From assembly GCA_944384395.1 (NCBI GenBank), contig CALWTD010000012.1, positions 57,596 through 121,595 on the forward strand: a stretch of 64,000 nt of DNA, in the 5' to 3' direction. This document shows, one piece after another, positions 1 to 8,658 of the stretch. The notes under the pieces are model-generated. The model was not told the origin of the DNA, ran no database searches, and saw nothing but the letters and a program-made list of their open reading frames with translations. A program made the position numbers and the translations under genes. The stretch comes from an uncultured Clostridia bacterium. GTDB taxonomy: Bacteria; Bacillota; Clostridia; Christensenellales; UBA1242. The stretch's first letter is position 1. Every line of letters starts with the position of its first letter.

Positions 1-2
1 AA

Positions 3-104
3 ATTGACCGTATGAACGGATATCTTGCATATAGCAGAGTTAAAGGAGATACAAGATTAAACAGTGCAAAAATGGCAGAAATTAAAGATAGACGGAGTAT
101 GTAA
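3..104 (+). CDS. nrdD: Anaerobic ribonucleoside-triphosphate reductase, C-terminal fragment (gene begins upstream of window)
   Basis: Frame 3 reads IDRMNGYLAYSRVKGDTRLNSAKMAEIKDRRSM*. It contains an RxxGY glycyl-radical-type motif. The stop lies 1 nt before the nrdG ATG. Confidence 0.6.
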   Translation: MDRMNGYLAYSRVKGDTRLNSAKMAEIKDRRSM

Positions 105-105
105 T

Positions 106-594
106 ATGAATTATCACAATATAACAAAAGATGATATGCTAAATGGCGAAGGGCTTAGAGTGGTTTTATGGGTAGCAGGTTGCTCACACCATTGCAAAGG
201 TTGTCATAATCCAATAACATGGGATGCTAGTGGTGGACTAGAATTTGACGAAAGTGCAAAAAATGAGATTTTTGACGAACTTAAAAAAGACTATGTTAGT
301 GGTATCACCTTTTCTGGTGGCGACCCACTCTATAAAGATAATATAAACACCATAACAAATTTAGCAAAAGAAATAAAACAAAAATTTCCACAAAAAACAA
401 TATGGCTTTATACAGGTTATAACTATGAAGACATAAAAGATTTAGAAATACTTAAATATATTGATGTTCTTTGCGATGGAAAATTTGAACTAGATAAAAG
501 AGATGTGAAAGCTCATTGGGTTGGAAGCACAAACCAAAGAGTGATTGATGTTAAAAAAACATTAAAAGAAAATAAAATTGTATTATTTGAATAA
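106..594 (+). CDS. nrdG: Anaerobic RNR activating protein (radical SAM)
   Basis: Contains the CxxxCxxC cluster (GCSHHCKGCHNP) and has typical NrdG length. The track ORF starts at 64, but the ATG at 106 (MNYHNITKDD) directly follows the nrdD stop. Confidence 0.85.
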   Translation: MNYHNITKDDMLNGEGLRVVLWVAGCSHHCKGCHNPITWDASGGLEFDESAKNEIFDELKKDYVSGITFSGGDPLYKDNINTITNLAKEIKQKFPQKTIWLYTGYNYEDIKDLEILKYIDVLCDGKFELDKRDVKAHWVGSTNQRVIDVKKTLKENKIVLFE

Positions 595-596
595 AA

Positions 597-624
597 ATCA
601 CCACCACTGTGGTGATTTTTTTTG
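597..624 (+). terminator. Rho-independent terminator after nrdG
   Basis: ATCACCAC-cact-GTGGTGAT stem followed by a T-run. Confidence 0.75.
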
Positions 625-706
625 TATAATTAGTTTGTTTGACATTTTTTTATAACATATTTAAAATATTTTTAGTTAAAAAACAAAAACTAACAAAGGA
701 GAAAAA

Positions 707-1741
707 ATGAATAAGTTATTAGTTGATTGGCAAGCTCTTGGTCAGCAAGCTCTTAATTTTATTGAAACTATTGGTCTTAAACTACTAGAAGTAATTGGCA
801 TTTTTATAGCTGGCTACATTGTTATAAAAATTGTAATAGGGCTTCTTAAAAAAATTTTTACAAAATCTAAAATGTCCAGAGTTACATATAAATTCTTGCT
901 AAGTGTTTTAAAATTTTGTTTATATATGTTACTGCTTTTAGTTATTTGTCAATTTGTTGGAATACCAATAACAGGTTTTATAGCAGTACTTTCAGCAGCA
1001 GGTCTTGCAATTTCTCTTGCAATGCAAGGAAGTTTGTCTAACCTTGCTAACGGAGTTGTAATTATCGGCACTCACCCATTTAAAGAAGGCGACTACATTG
1101 CAATAGACAGTATTGAAGGAACTGTTACCGAAATAAAAATGCTTCACACAATAATTGCAACAACAGACAACAAAGTAATAAGTATACCAAACTCAAAAGT
1201 TGTGGAAAGTTCGCTTATAAATTATAGTGCTAATGCCACAAGAAAAGTTGTTTTTAGTTTTGGTGTAGATTATGCAAGCGATGTTGAACAAGTAAAGAAA
1301 ATTGTTTTAGATGTAATGGTAAATTGCAACAAAGTTCTTTTGGATCCTGCCCCATTTTGTGCCTTAAAAACATTAGATTCAAGTTCAATAACATTTACAG
1401 CAAATTGCTGGTGCTTAAGTAACGATTATTGGGATGTTTACTATTTTGTTATGGAAAATGTGTTTAACGAATTTAAACGAAACAACATCTCCATTCCATA
1501 CGACCAAATGGAAGTAAGACTTAGAAACGATATTGTAGAAATGCCATACAATAAAAAAGCAATGGAAAAAAGAAACGAAGAACTTGCTGTAAAACCTGTT
1601 GAAAATGTTTCCGGCGATGCTATTGATAAAATGCTTTATAAACTCTCTAAAAAAACAAAAGAAAAAAAACTTATAAAAAAACAAGAAAAACAAAAACTTA
1701 AAGAAAAGCAAACAAAAAGCAAAAACAAAGCATCAAAATAA
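707..1741 (+). CDS. Small-conductance mechanosensitive channel (MscS family) with Lys-rich tail
   Basis: N-terminal TM helices followed by an MscS beta-domain pattern (GTVTEIKMLHTIIATTDNKVISIPNSKV). SD is AAAGGAG. Confidence 0.8.
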   Translation: MNKLLVDWQALGQQALNFIETIGLKLLEVIGIFIAGYIVIKIVIGLLKKIFTKSKMSRVTYKFLLSVLKFCLYMLLLLVICQFVGIPITGFIAVLSAAGLAISLAMQGSLSNLANGVVIIGTHPFKEGDYIAIDSIEGTVTEIKMLHTIIATTDNKVISIPNSKVVESSLINYSANATRKVVFSFGVDYASDVEQVKKIVLDVMVNCNKVLLDPAPFCALKTLDSSSITFTANCWCLSNDYWDVYYFVMENVFNEFKRNNISIPYDQMEVRLRNDIVEMPYNKKAMEKRNEELAVKPVENVSGDAIDKMLYKLSKKTKEKKLIKKQEKQKLKEKQTKSKNKASK

Positions 1742-1747
1742 CAAAAA

Positions 1748-1775
1748 AACAAGAAATTTTTCTTGTTTTTTTTAT
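1748..1775 (+). terminator. Terminator after the mscS-like gene
   Basis: AACAAGA-aatttt-TCTTGTT hairpin followed by a T-run. Confidence 0.6.
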
Positions 1776-1898
1776 AAACATTTTTACTTATTTTTCAATA
1801 TAATGTAATGAAATAAAACATTGTTCTATATGTTGTATTTATGTGTTTTTTTATTAAATTTAGTTTATAGTTGAAACTTCTTTTTAGACATTCTTGTA

Positions 1899-1928
1899 TT
1901 GACATAAATTAATTTTTAATGCTATAAT
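1899..1928 (+). promoter_or_regulatory. Sigma-A type promoter of the 1951-4590 operon
   Basis: TTGACA (1899-1904), 18-nt spacer, TATAAT (1923-1928). Confidence 0.55.
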
Positions 1929-1950
1929 AAAACAGAAAATAGAGGTGAAT

Positions 1951-3108
1951 ATGCCAGAAATTTTAAACAAAGTTAAAAACGATGAGAATATAAATTCATA
2001 TCGTCAAAAACAAACATTTTCAAACGATTATGGTGTTAAAACTTGCAATGTTGACTTATCAGACAAATATGACACAGTGGTTCTTGTGTTTATTGGAGAT
2101 TGGCACATTGGATCGGTTGATTTTAACATCGATGAAGCAATGAAAGTTTTAAACTATGTTCTTCAAACTCCAAACGCAAAACTTATTGGTATGGGCGACA
2201 TGATGAATACTGCTATACTAAACAGTGTCAGCAATATGTTTGAAGATATTGCCTATCCACAAGAACAATTAAATGTTTTTGTTTCACTATTAAAACAAGT
2301 TGCAAAACAAGATAAAGTTATTTGGATACATTCAGGAAATCATGAAAGAAGAATTGATAAAAACACAGGTATAAATCCTGTTGAACAAGCAACTCAAGCA
2401 CTTGGAATTCCACATTCATATGCACCATGCTTTGCAGACACATCAATAACATTAAAATGTCCTTACACAAAATCAAAAAAACACACATTCAATCTTGTTA
2501 CTCATCACGGAGATAGTGGAAATCCAGAAACTAACGCATCTGTTAATCAGGAGTCTTTAATAAATGCAATTGGACATAAACACGTATTTCAATCTTCCAT
2601 TAAGTCAAAAATCATCATTGACAAAAATGGCAAACGCGTGAGAAAAGATGAACTCAACATCATTTTACCAGCATCTGGTGGTGGACAATATGGTTATGAA
2701 AAAGGATTAAAACCAATAAGCAAATCTCCATATTATGCTTTGGAAATAACCACAGTTTTAAACCCACTTTATGACAAAAAAAATCTTTATAATATGCAAC
2801 CACCAATTGTTACAGTTACAAAATCCATACCTATTCTTTCTAGTGGTACATATACACTAAAAGACGAATGCGTAAAGGAAAGCGTAAAAATTATTGACAA
2901 AAATATACAAAATATAAAACCAAAAGTTTATGGAAAATTTTTAGAAATTATAGAAATTTTAGAGCAAACAGGTTTGGACATAGACAGAGAAATAAAAGCA
3001 AAAGTTGTTAAACTTATTTTAGATGAAGCAGATAATAAAAAATCACAACATAAAATCAACAATCCACAAAAAATAGAAAGCAACGATTGGTATTATAACA
3101 AAGATTAA
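1951..3108 (+). CDS. Calcineurin-like metallophosphoesterase with all five metal-binding motifs intact
   Basis: Motifs present: GDWHIG (DxH), GMGDMMN (GDxxN), SGNHERR (GNHE), VTHHGD, GHKH. The ATG at 1951 is preceded by AGAGG. The track ORF begins at GTG 1945. Confidence 0.75.
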   Translation: MPEILNKVKNDENINSYRQKQTFSNDYGVKTCNVDLSDKYDTVVLVFIGDWHIGSVDFNIDEAMKVLNYVLQTPNAKLIGMGDMMNTAILNSVSNMFEDIAYPQEQLNVFVSLLKQVAKQDKVIWIHSGNHERRIDKNTGINPVEQATQALGIPHSYAPCFADTSITLKCPYTKSKKHTFNLVTHHGDSGNPETNASVNQESLINAIGHKHVFQSSIKSKIIIDKNGKRVRKDELNIILPASGGGQYGYEKGLKPISKSPYYALEITTVLNPLYDKKNLYNMQPPIVTVTKSIPILSSGTYTLKDECVKESVKIIDKNIQNIKPKVYGKFLEIIEILEQTGLDIDREIKAKVVKLILDEADNKKSQHKINNPQKIESNDWYYNKD

Positions 3109-3124
3109 GGAGTTTTATATAAAT

Positions 3125-4327
3125 ATGGAAGACGGCAAAAGAGCCTTAGATGCCATAGGCAAAAAAATTAAATTAAAAGAAGAAATTGATCAACCTTTTG
3201 ATGAAAACACATTAAAAGACGTTAATTTAGAAATTGAAGAATCAAAAGAAGAACAAACTCAAAAAACAATCGCATTAAAAGTTTTTAGCAAAGACGTTGG
3301 TTTAAATGGTCTTTGTGAACTTAATTTAGGCAAAGCTTACAAACTCACAAATGACGGAAGAAGAGTTAAATATCCATCTTCTTATAAATGTGCAATGAAC
3401 GAAAAATGGTTAGATTACATTATTGAACAAATAAAAAATGCAACAAATCCCGTTGTGATTGTTTCAGATATTTTTACAAGAGTAACAACTGGAAACAATG
3501 AAGATACATTGCCATACAAAGAACAACTTGCATATGGTTATAAAAAATTAAAAGACATAAAAGATAAAATTATTTTGGTTAGAGGTCTTAAAGAAAAAGA
3601 AATAATTGATAATGGTGGACCTGATTTAATGGGTAAACTTGCGAATATGCTTGATATGAAAAACAAACTTGTAAATGCAGGCTTTCATTTAACGCTAAAT
3701 TTAAGTAATCAAAAATCAAAACAGGTTTCACTTCTTCACTACAACGAAAAAATCAACACGGTTCGTTCGCTTGCAATTTCAATGCAAAAATTTGCAAACA
3801 ATAATCCAGGTCACGACATTTATTTTTGTACAACAAGCAAAACAAATTGGTATTCTTGTGGACTTACAACATATGTAACAAAAGATGGTCAAACTGCAAC
3901 AAAACCTTGTTGGTTTATTGCGTTTGGTGGAATGTATGAATTTGACAAAACAAACGAAAAAAGACCCAAAGTTGGAGCATACACTTTAAATAATGACTGG
4001 TTTAAAATAATGATGGACAAAAACAATTTTGTTAGAGCAGATAGAGTTGATTATAGATATCCTCACCCAACAAAGATTGATTCATCAAATTATATAAGTT
4101 CTGTTATAGCAGACACCAAAAGTAACAGTTATAAAGAATTATTTAATGAATTATCTGCATCGCTTGATAAGATGAATGAAAGGCTTTCAAAATCAACATC
4201 AAAACAAATTACTTCTTCAATTCATAAAGCAAAAGAAAAGGCAAAAGAAAAAGAAAACAAAAAAAATATTCAATTTGTTGATCAACGAAAAAACAAAAAA
4301 CAAAATAATGGAGAAGAAAAAGTATGA
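3125..4327 (+). CDS. Hypothetical protein, apparently a degenerate (metal-ligand-less) paralogue of the upstream metallophosphoesterase, with a Lys-rich tail
   Basis: By-eye colinear blocks against the upstream protein: VVIVSDIF vs VLVFIGDWHIG, ILVRGLKEKE vs IHSGNHERR, LLHYNEK vs VTHHGDSG, GHDIYF vs GHKHVF. The catalytic residues are replaced. Confidence 0.45.
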   Translation: MEDGKRALDAIGKKIKLKEEIDQPFDENTLKDVNLEIEESKEEQTQKTIALKVFSKDVGLNGLCELNLGKAYKLTNDGRRVKYPSSYKCAMNEKWLDYIIEQIKNATNPVVIVSDIFTRVTTGNNEDTLPYKEQLAYGYKKLKDIKDKIILVRGLKEKEIIDNGGPDLMGKLANMLDMKNKLVNAGFHLTLNLSNQKSKQVSLLHYNEKINTVRSLAISMQKFANNNPGHDIYFCTTSKTNWYSCGLTTYVTKDGQTATKPCWFIAFGGMYEFDKTNEKRPKVGAYTLNNDWFKIMMDKNNFVRADRVDYRYPHPTKIDSSNYISSVIADTKSNSYKELFNELSASLDKMNERLSKSTSKQITSSIHKAKEKAKEKENKKNIQFVDQRKNKKQNNGEEKV

Positions 4328-4590
4328 TGGAAGGAATAAGAACAGACGGACCAAATATCACTTGCGCAGGATGTGGACAAAAAGTTTCAAAAGACGGAAC
4401 ATTGAAATTAAACTTTTGTCCAAAGTGTGGCAATCCCTTGAACATTGATGCATCAGTAAAATATGAAAAAGCAGTAAATCATGAAAAACTTGTTATGTTA
4501 TATGAACTTATTGACACAATAAACGAAAATAATGAAGACGCAAAAAAAGTAATAAATGATTTTATAAAAGAATTAGAAAACGAAGATTAA
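4324..4590 (+). CDS. Small zinc-ribbon protein (CxxC-X14-CxxC) with acidic helical tail
   Basis: Contains CAGCGQ...CPKCGN. The ATGA start/stop overlap with the upstream gene suggests translational coupling. Confidence 0.6.
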   Translation: MMEGIRTDGPNITCAGCGQKVSKDGTLKLNFCPKCGNPLNIDASVKYEKAVNHEKLVMLYELIDTINENNEDAKKVINDFIKELENED

Positions 4591-4611
4591 ATTTTATTTA
4601 ATTACTACATA

Positions 4612-4697
4612 AAAAAGAACTCTACAAAATGAAGTAAACACCCTAAAGTTGTCTAACTTTTGGGCTTTATTTCAAATAGTAAAGTTCTTTTTTTGTT
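4612..4697. terminator. Nested hairpin between convergent genes (bidirectional terminator candidate)
   Basis: Outer arms are AAAAAGAACTCTAC (4612-4625) and GTAAAGTTCTTTTT (4679-4692). The inner hairpin is CCCTAAAGTT-gtct-AACTTTTGGG (4641-4664). Confidence 0.5.
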
Positions 4698-4738
4698 TTT
4701 TTAAACTATAATTTACAAATTTTTAATTATGTGTAAAA

Positions 4739-5476
4739 TCAAAAATTCATCCTTATTAATTCGTCAAGTTGAGTCAAATACTCCTGTATGGCTTTTTTTG
4801 TTTTTACAATACCATTTTTATAAATGTAATCCGTTGACACTTGAGTATCATAAAAAATTGTATCTTCTATTGATTTTATGTCCATTTCATAACTTAAATT
4901 AAATGATGCCATAAATTTAACTCTATAAGTATCTATTTCGGCAATTGTTATGCTACCTTGTCCCGTTTTTAAATCCCAAATGAAAACATAATGATTATAC
5001 TTATCAACGCGATTATGTTCTAAAATATAAATAGAATTATTATAATTAATTAAATAACCATTTGTTTTAATAACTCCTGTTCCCCCAAGTAGTTTAATTG
5101 CTAAACCACCTGCGTTTGATACTCCAACTTCATGATCTGACACTTCTTCGCCACTTTGATTAACCAATTTACTAAACGCTTCTACATATGTTAAACTTCT
5201 AGCATATAACGATATATCTTCCATAATTTTATTTGAAAAATGAAACTTTTCAGAATAATTTACATCTAAATACCAACCATCAATAACATTTCCTTCTGCA
5301 ACAAAAAAATTGGGATAATTAACATAATCACTTGTTTCTTGAGTTTCTAAATATGCACCATCTAAATAAAATGAAATGTTGAATTTTTGTTCATTGCAAC
5401 CATACATAGAAATTATTGAAAAAAGAAATAACGGCAAAATCAATAATATGTTCTTTATATTTTTAAACTTCAACAT
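4739..5476 (-). CDS. Lipoprotein with a Listeria/Bacteroides-type repeat
   Basis: Lipobox signal peptide MLKFKNIKNILLILPLFLFSIISMYGC. Repeat pattern is ISFYLDG...GWYLDVNYSEKF...SLYA. Start moved to the signal-peptide Met at 5476. Confidence 0.6.
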   Translation of the reverse strand: MLKFKNIKNILLILPLFLFSIISMYGCNEQKFNISFYLDGAYLETQETSDYVNYPNFFVAEGNVIDGWYLDVNYSEKFHFSNKIMEDISLYARSLTYVEAFSKLVNQSGEEVSDHEVGVSNAGGLAIKLLGGTGVIKTNGYLINYNNSIYILEHNRVDKYNHYVFIWDLKTGQGSITIAEIDTYRVKFMASFNLSYEMDIKSIEDTIFYDTQVSTDYIYKNGIVKTKKAIQEYLTQLDELIRMNF

Positions 5477-5921
5477 AACCAGACACCACCCTTTTAACAA
5501 CTGGTCTTGTTGGAGACATAAAAGGTTGCAACGGACCATTTCTCACGAAGAAAAACGAACCATAACCATTTTCACTGATTCTGTTTTGATCTTTTGCTCC
5601 TGTCACACCTATTTCAATCACAAGGTTTACAAAGCGATATTCTCCAAGACTATATGTTTCAACACTATACACATGGTTTACATAATTTGCTATTGTATTA
5701 GAATTATACTTTGTTTTTTCTACACTATAATTAATACCCAAATAACGAGAAATATTATTAACTGTAAGTTGAATTCTTGTTACAGATGATGTATCAGTGT
5801 CACCATCTGTTGAAGTATCATTATTATCACCACACCCAGCAAACAAAAAAACGCAAGAAAATAATAATATCACAGCCAAAAATAAACATAAATATATATT
5901 TTTGTTTTTGATTTTTTCCAT
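5463..5921 (-). CDS. Lipoprotein of unknown function
   Basis: MEKIKNKNIYLCLFLAVILLFSCVFLFAGC lipobox. AAGGAG lies 6 nt upstream of the ATG at 5921. There is a 14-nt overlap with the downstream lipoprotein gene. Confidence 0.6.
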   Translation of the reverse strand: MEKIKNKNIYLCLFLAVILLFSCVFLFAGCGDNNDTSTDGDTDTSSVTRIQLTVNNISRYLGINYSVEKTKYNSNTIANYVNHVYSVETYSLGEYRFVNLVIEIGVTGAKDQNRISENGYGSFFFVRNGPLQPFMSPTRPVVKRVVSGYVEV

Positions 5922-6165
5922 AGACAACTCCTTTATAAATTAACTGATTTGTAAATGTTTAAATCTATTTGACCCTTTTATAATTAAAATCCTAAAAATA
6001 ATGATCTATAAATGAAAATTTAACTAGCAACAACTAAAATATTAATTGTAAGTTTTTTTAATAAAATTTAAAGATAGGATATAATAAATAAAAAAATGGT
6101 TTATAAACAAAATACTATTACTAAAAACGCATTTTTTTATTTTGTTAAATTTAAAATATTTTGTA

Positions 6166-6753
6166 TCATATTTTTATTCTGCTTTCAAGAGCTCTTGTTA
6201 GTGTTACTTCATCAGCAAATTCAAGTTCACTTCCCATGCTTACACCTTGTGCTAGGCGAGTTACTTTTACATTTAATGGTTCTAATAATTTTGCAATATA
6301 CATTGCCGTTGCATCGCCTTCAACATCAGGATTTGTTGCCATGATAACTTCTTTTGTGTGATATTTTTGAACTCTTTGCAAAAGTTCTTTTATTCTTATA
6401 TCATTTGGTCCCCTATTTTCTAGTGGGCTTATTGTCCCATGCAAAACATGAAAAACGCCGTCAAAACTTTTAACTTTTTCCATTGCAACAACATCTTTTG
6501 GCTCTTTAACTACGCAAATTATATCCTTGTTTTTCTTTAAACAATTTTCACACACTTCAGTTTCAGAGAAATTTCCACATTCTGAGCAAAATTTTATGTT
6601 TTCTTTTGCAAGTATTAAATTATCTGCAAACTCTTTTACATTTTCTTTGCTTGCATTTAAAATACTGTATGCATATCTTTGTGCAGTTTTATATCCTACG
6701 CCAGGAAGTTTTCTAAATGAGTTTATTAGTTTTTCTAATGATTCTATATACAT
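6166..6753 (-). CDS. recR: Recombination protein RecR
   Basis: HhH motif (LPGVGYKTAQR), C4 zinc finger (CSECGN...CENC) and a Toprim domain. It lies in dnaX-ybaB-recR synteny. Confidence 0.95.
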   Translation of the reverse strand: MYIESLEKLINSFRKLPGVGYKTAQRYAYSILNASKENVKEFADNLILAKENIKFCSECGNFSETEVCENCLKKNKDIICVVKEPKDVVAMEKVKSFDGVFHVLHGTISPLENRGPNDIRIKELLQRVQKYHTKEVIMATNPDVEGDATAMYIAKLLEPLNVKVTRLAQGVSMGSELEFADEVTLTRALESRIKI

Positions 6754-6754
6754 T

Positions 6755-7084
6755 TTATAGTCCTTGTGGAAGTGATGGCAATTTTTCTTGTTCGGCTTTT
6801 GTTATTTTCTCCACAGCATCATTTATTGCTGATTGAATTAAATCTTCTAACATTTCCACATCGTCTGGGTCAACAACTTCTGGTTTAATCTCAACTTTTT
6901 TTGCTCTTTTATCACCTGTTAGTGTAATTTGAACCATGCCACCACCACTTGTTCCAATAAAATCTGTGTTTACTAATTCTTCTTTTGCCTTTTCCATGTC
7001 TTGTTGCATTTTTTGTGCTTGACGCATTAAGTTTTGCAGATTGGCTCCACCAAATCCATTAAATCCACCTCTAAAATTATTCAT
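6755..7084 (-). CDS. ybaB: Nucleoid-associated protein YbaB/EbfC
   Basis: Typical sequence NLQNLMRQAQKMQQDMEKAKEEL...SGGGMV. Conserved position between dnaX and recR. Confidence 0.9.
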   Translation of the reverse strand: MNNFRGGFNGFGGANLQNLMRQAQKMQQDMEKAKEELVNTDFIGTSGGGMVQITLTGDKRAKKVEIKPEVVDPDDVEMLEDLIQSAINDAVEKITKAEQEKLPSLPQGL

Positions 7085-7094
7085 ATTATTCTCC

Positions 7095-7472
7095 TTATTT
7101 TTTATTTATTATAATTACTTCATTGTTAAAATATTTGTTTAATATTTTTATATTATCTTCATCTGTTATTTGTTTTTTACTTTTTTTAATTTCAATATTT
7201 TCATATCCAAAAAATTTAAATGCATTTTGTAATTGTTTATAATTGTCTGTTTCATTTAGCATATCAATAATGCTTTGCTCTGTTGTTTTTATTATAAACT
7301 TGTCATTTTCAATGCTAACATCGGTTATATCTCCACAAACTATGTGCAAAATATTGTTGTTATGCTCTCTTAAATAAACGATTATTTTACCCCAAAGTGT
7401 TCGAGCAGAAAGATTTTTATAATTTGTGGATTTTAGATTTTGTTCCAATTTTACTTGTTTAGTTATAGACAT
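7095..7472 (-). CDS. Separate ORF resembling the C-terminal (tau-specific) domain of Firmicute DnaX, in the -1 frame relative to dnaX
   Basis: LWGKIIVYLREHN..ILHIVCGDITDVSIENDKFIIK...YKQLQNAF..FGYENIEI fits my memory of the DnaX C-terminal pattern (W..vl..l....l.a.l....pv....f.l.f). Its ATG overlaps the dnaX TGA (TGATG). Confidence 0.5.
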   Translation of the reverse strand: MSITKQVKLEQNLKSTNYKNLSARTLWGKIIVYLREHNNNILHIVCGDITDVSIENDKFIIKTTEQSIIDMLNETDNYKQLQNAFKFFGYENIEIKKSKKQITDEDNIKILNKYFNNEVIIINKK

Positions 7473-8569
7473 CAGTTTTTTTTTTGACTATCGGTTAAAC
7501 ACGATACTATTGCTGTTTCTATTAAAGTTTTTGGCGACATTGCATATTTTATTTCTGCTTCTATCGCTGAAAATATTTTCATATTTTCCATAAGTTCTTT
7601 TGTATCAAAATCTTTTGCAAGCATTTTATATTTTTCAAAAATTTCTGTGGTGAAATTAAGCATTTTATCGGCATTCTCGCAAGTTTTTGCCACTAACAAA
7701 TTTCTAAAACACATTGTTAAATCTTTTGCAACAACACTCATATTTTTGCCAAGTTTTTGAATTTCGTCTAAAATGGTTAAAGCATTTCCAATGTCTTTAT
7801 CATGTATACTTTTACATATTTTTAAATATGTCTCATGATTTGTACTTCCTAAAATATTCATTACAAGGTTTGCTGTTATTTTCCCATGAGAATATGCAAC
7901 CATACAATCTGCAATAGAAAGCATGTCTCTATCACTGCCTTGCGCAGCTGATGCAATTAGTTTATAAGCATCTTCTTCACATTCAACATTTTCATTTTTA
8001 AAAATTTGTTTTAGTTGTTTTATTAAAACTTCATCACTAATTAAATGAAAATCAAAACGCATACATCTTGAAAGAATTGTTGCAGGAAGTTTGTGAACTT
8101 CCGTAGTTGCCAAAATAAACACTATATGTGATGGTGGTTCTTCAAGTGTTTTTAAAAGTGCATTAAAGGCGCTTTCTGTAAGCATATGCACTTCGTCAAT
8201 TATATAAACTTTATATTTACCGTTTACGGGCAAAAATTTCACTTTTTCTCTTATATCTCTTATTTCGTCAACTCTATTATTTGATGCTGCATCTATTTCC
8301 ACAACATCAACATTGTTATTGTCGCTAAGTGCCTTACAAACATCACAATTATAGCATGGCGAACCATTTTGTGGATTTAAACAGTTTATTGCTTTTGCAA
8401 ATATTTTTGCAGTTGTTGTTTTTCCTGTTCCCCTTGTACCAGTAAAAAGATAGGCATGGTTTATTTGACCTGCTTTTATTTGATTTTTAAGAGTTTCTAC
8501 AATATGCTCTTGCCCAACAATTTGCTCAAATGTTTTTGGTCTATATTTTCTATACAGTGCTTGATACAT
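7472..8569 (-). CDS. dnaX: DNA polymerase III gamma/tau subunit, domains I-III only (365 aa)
   Basis: Walker A (GTRGTGKTT), zinc module (CLNPQNGSPCYNCDVC), DEVHML, SRC motif (LSRCMRFDF). It ends in TGA right after an A10 run. Confidence 0.95.
   Translation of the reverse strand: MYQALYRKYRPKTFEQIVGQEHIVETLKNQIKAGQINHAYLFTGTRGTGKTTTAKIFAKAINCLNPQNGSPCYNCDVCKALSDNNNVDVVEIDAASNNRVDEIRDIREKVKFLPVNGKYKVYIIDEVHMLTESAFNALLKTLEEPPSHIVFILATTEVHKLPATILSRCMRFDFHLISDEVLIKQLKQIFKNENVECEEDAYKLIASAAQGSDRDMLSIADCMVAYSHGKITANLVMNILGSTNHETYLKICKSIHDKDIGNALTILDEIQKLGKNMSVVAKDLTMCFRNLLVAKTCENADKMLNFTTEIFEKYKMLAKDFDTKELMENMKIFSAIEAEIKYAMSPKTLIETAIVSCLTDSQKKN
7476..7485 (-). promoter_or_regulatory. A10 homopolymer (slippery run) at the dnaX / downstream-ORF junction
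   Basis: The minus strand reads CAAAAAAAAAACTGATG. A -1 shift, or one extra A in the mRNA, fuses the two ORFs. Confidence 0.6.
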
Positions 8570-8616
8570 AATTCTCCTTGCATAATTATATACTTTTTTT
8601 TTTGTTTATCAAAATA

Positions 8617-8655
8617 AAATACACTTATTTAACATTAAGAAAAATAAGTGTATTT
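8617..8655 (-). terminator. Terminator after the 8659-8946 gene
   Basis: 14-bp arms AAATACACTTATTT / AAATAAGTGTATTT followed by U-rich sequence on the minus strand. Confidence 0.6.
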
Positions 8656-8658
8656 AGT

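Noticed and set aside
8570-8658. An SRP RNA (scr) gene upstream of dnaX, expected from B. subtilis synteny (scr-dnaX-ybaB-recR).
   Set aside because: The 89-bp gap contains only the terminator hairpin of the upstream membrane-protein gene and promoter-like A/T sequence. It is too short for an SRP RNA and lacks conserved motifs.
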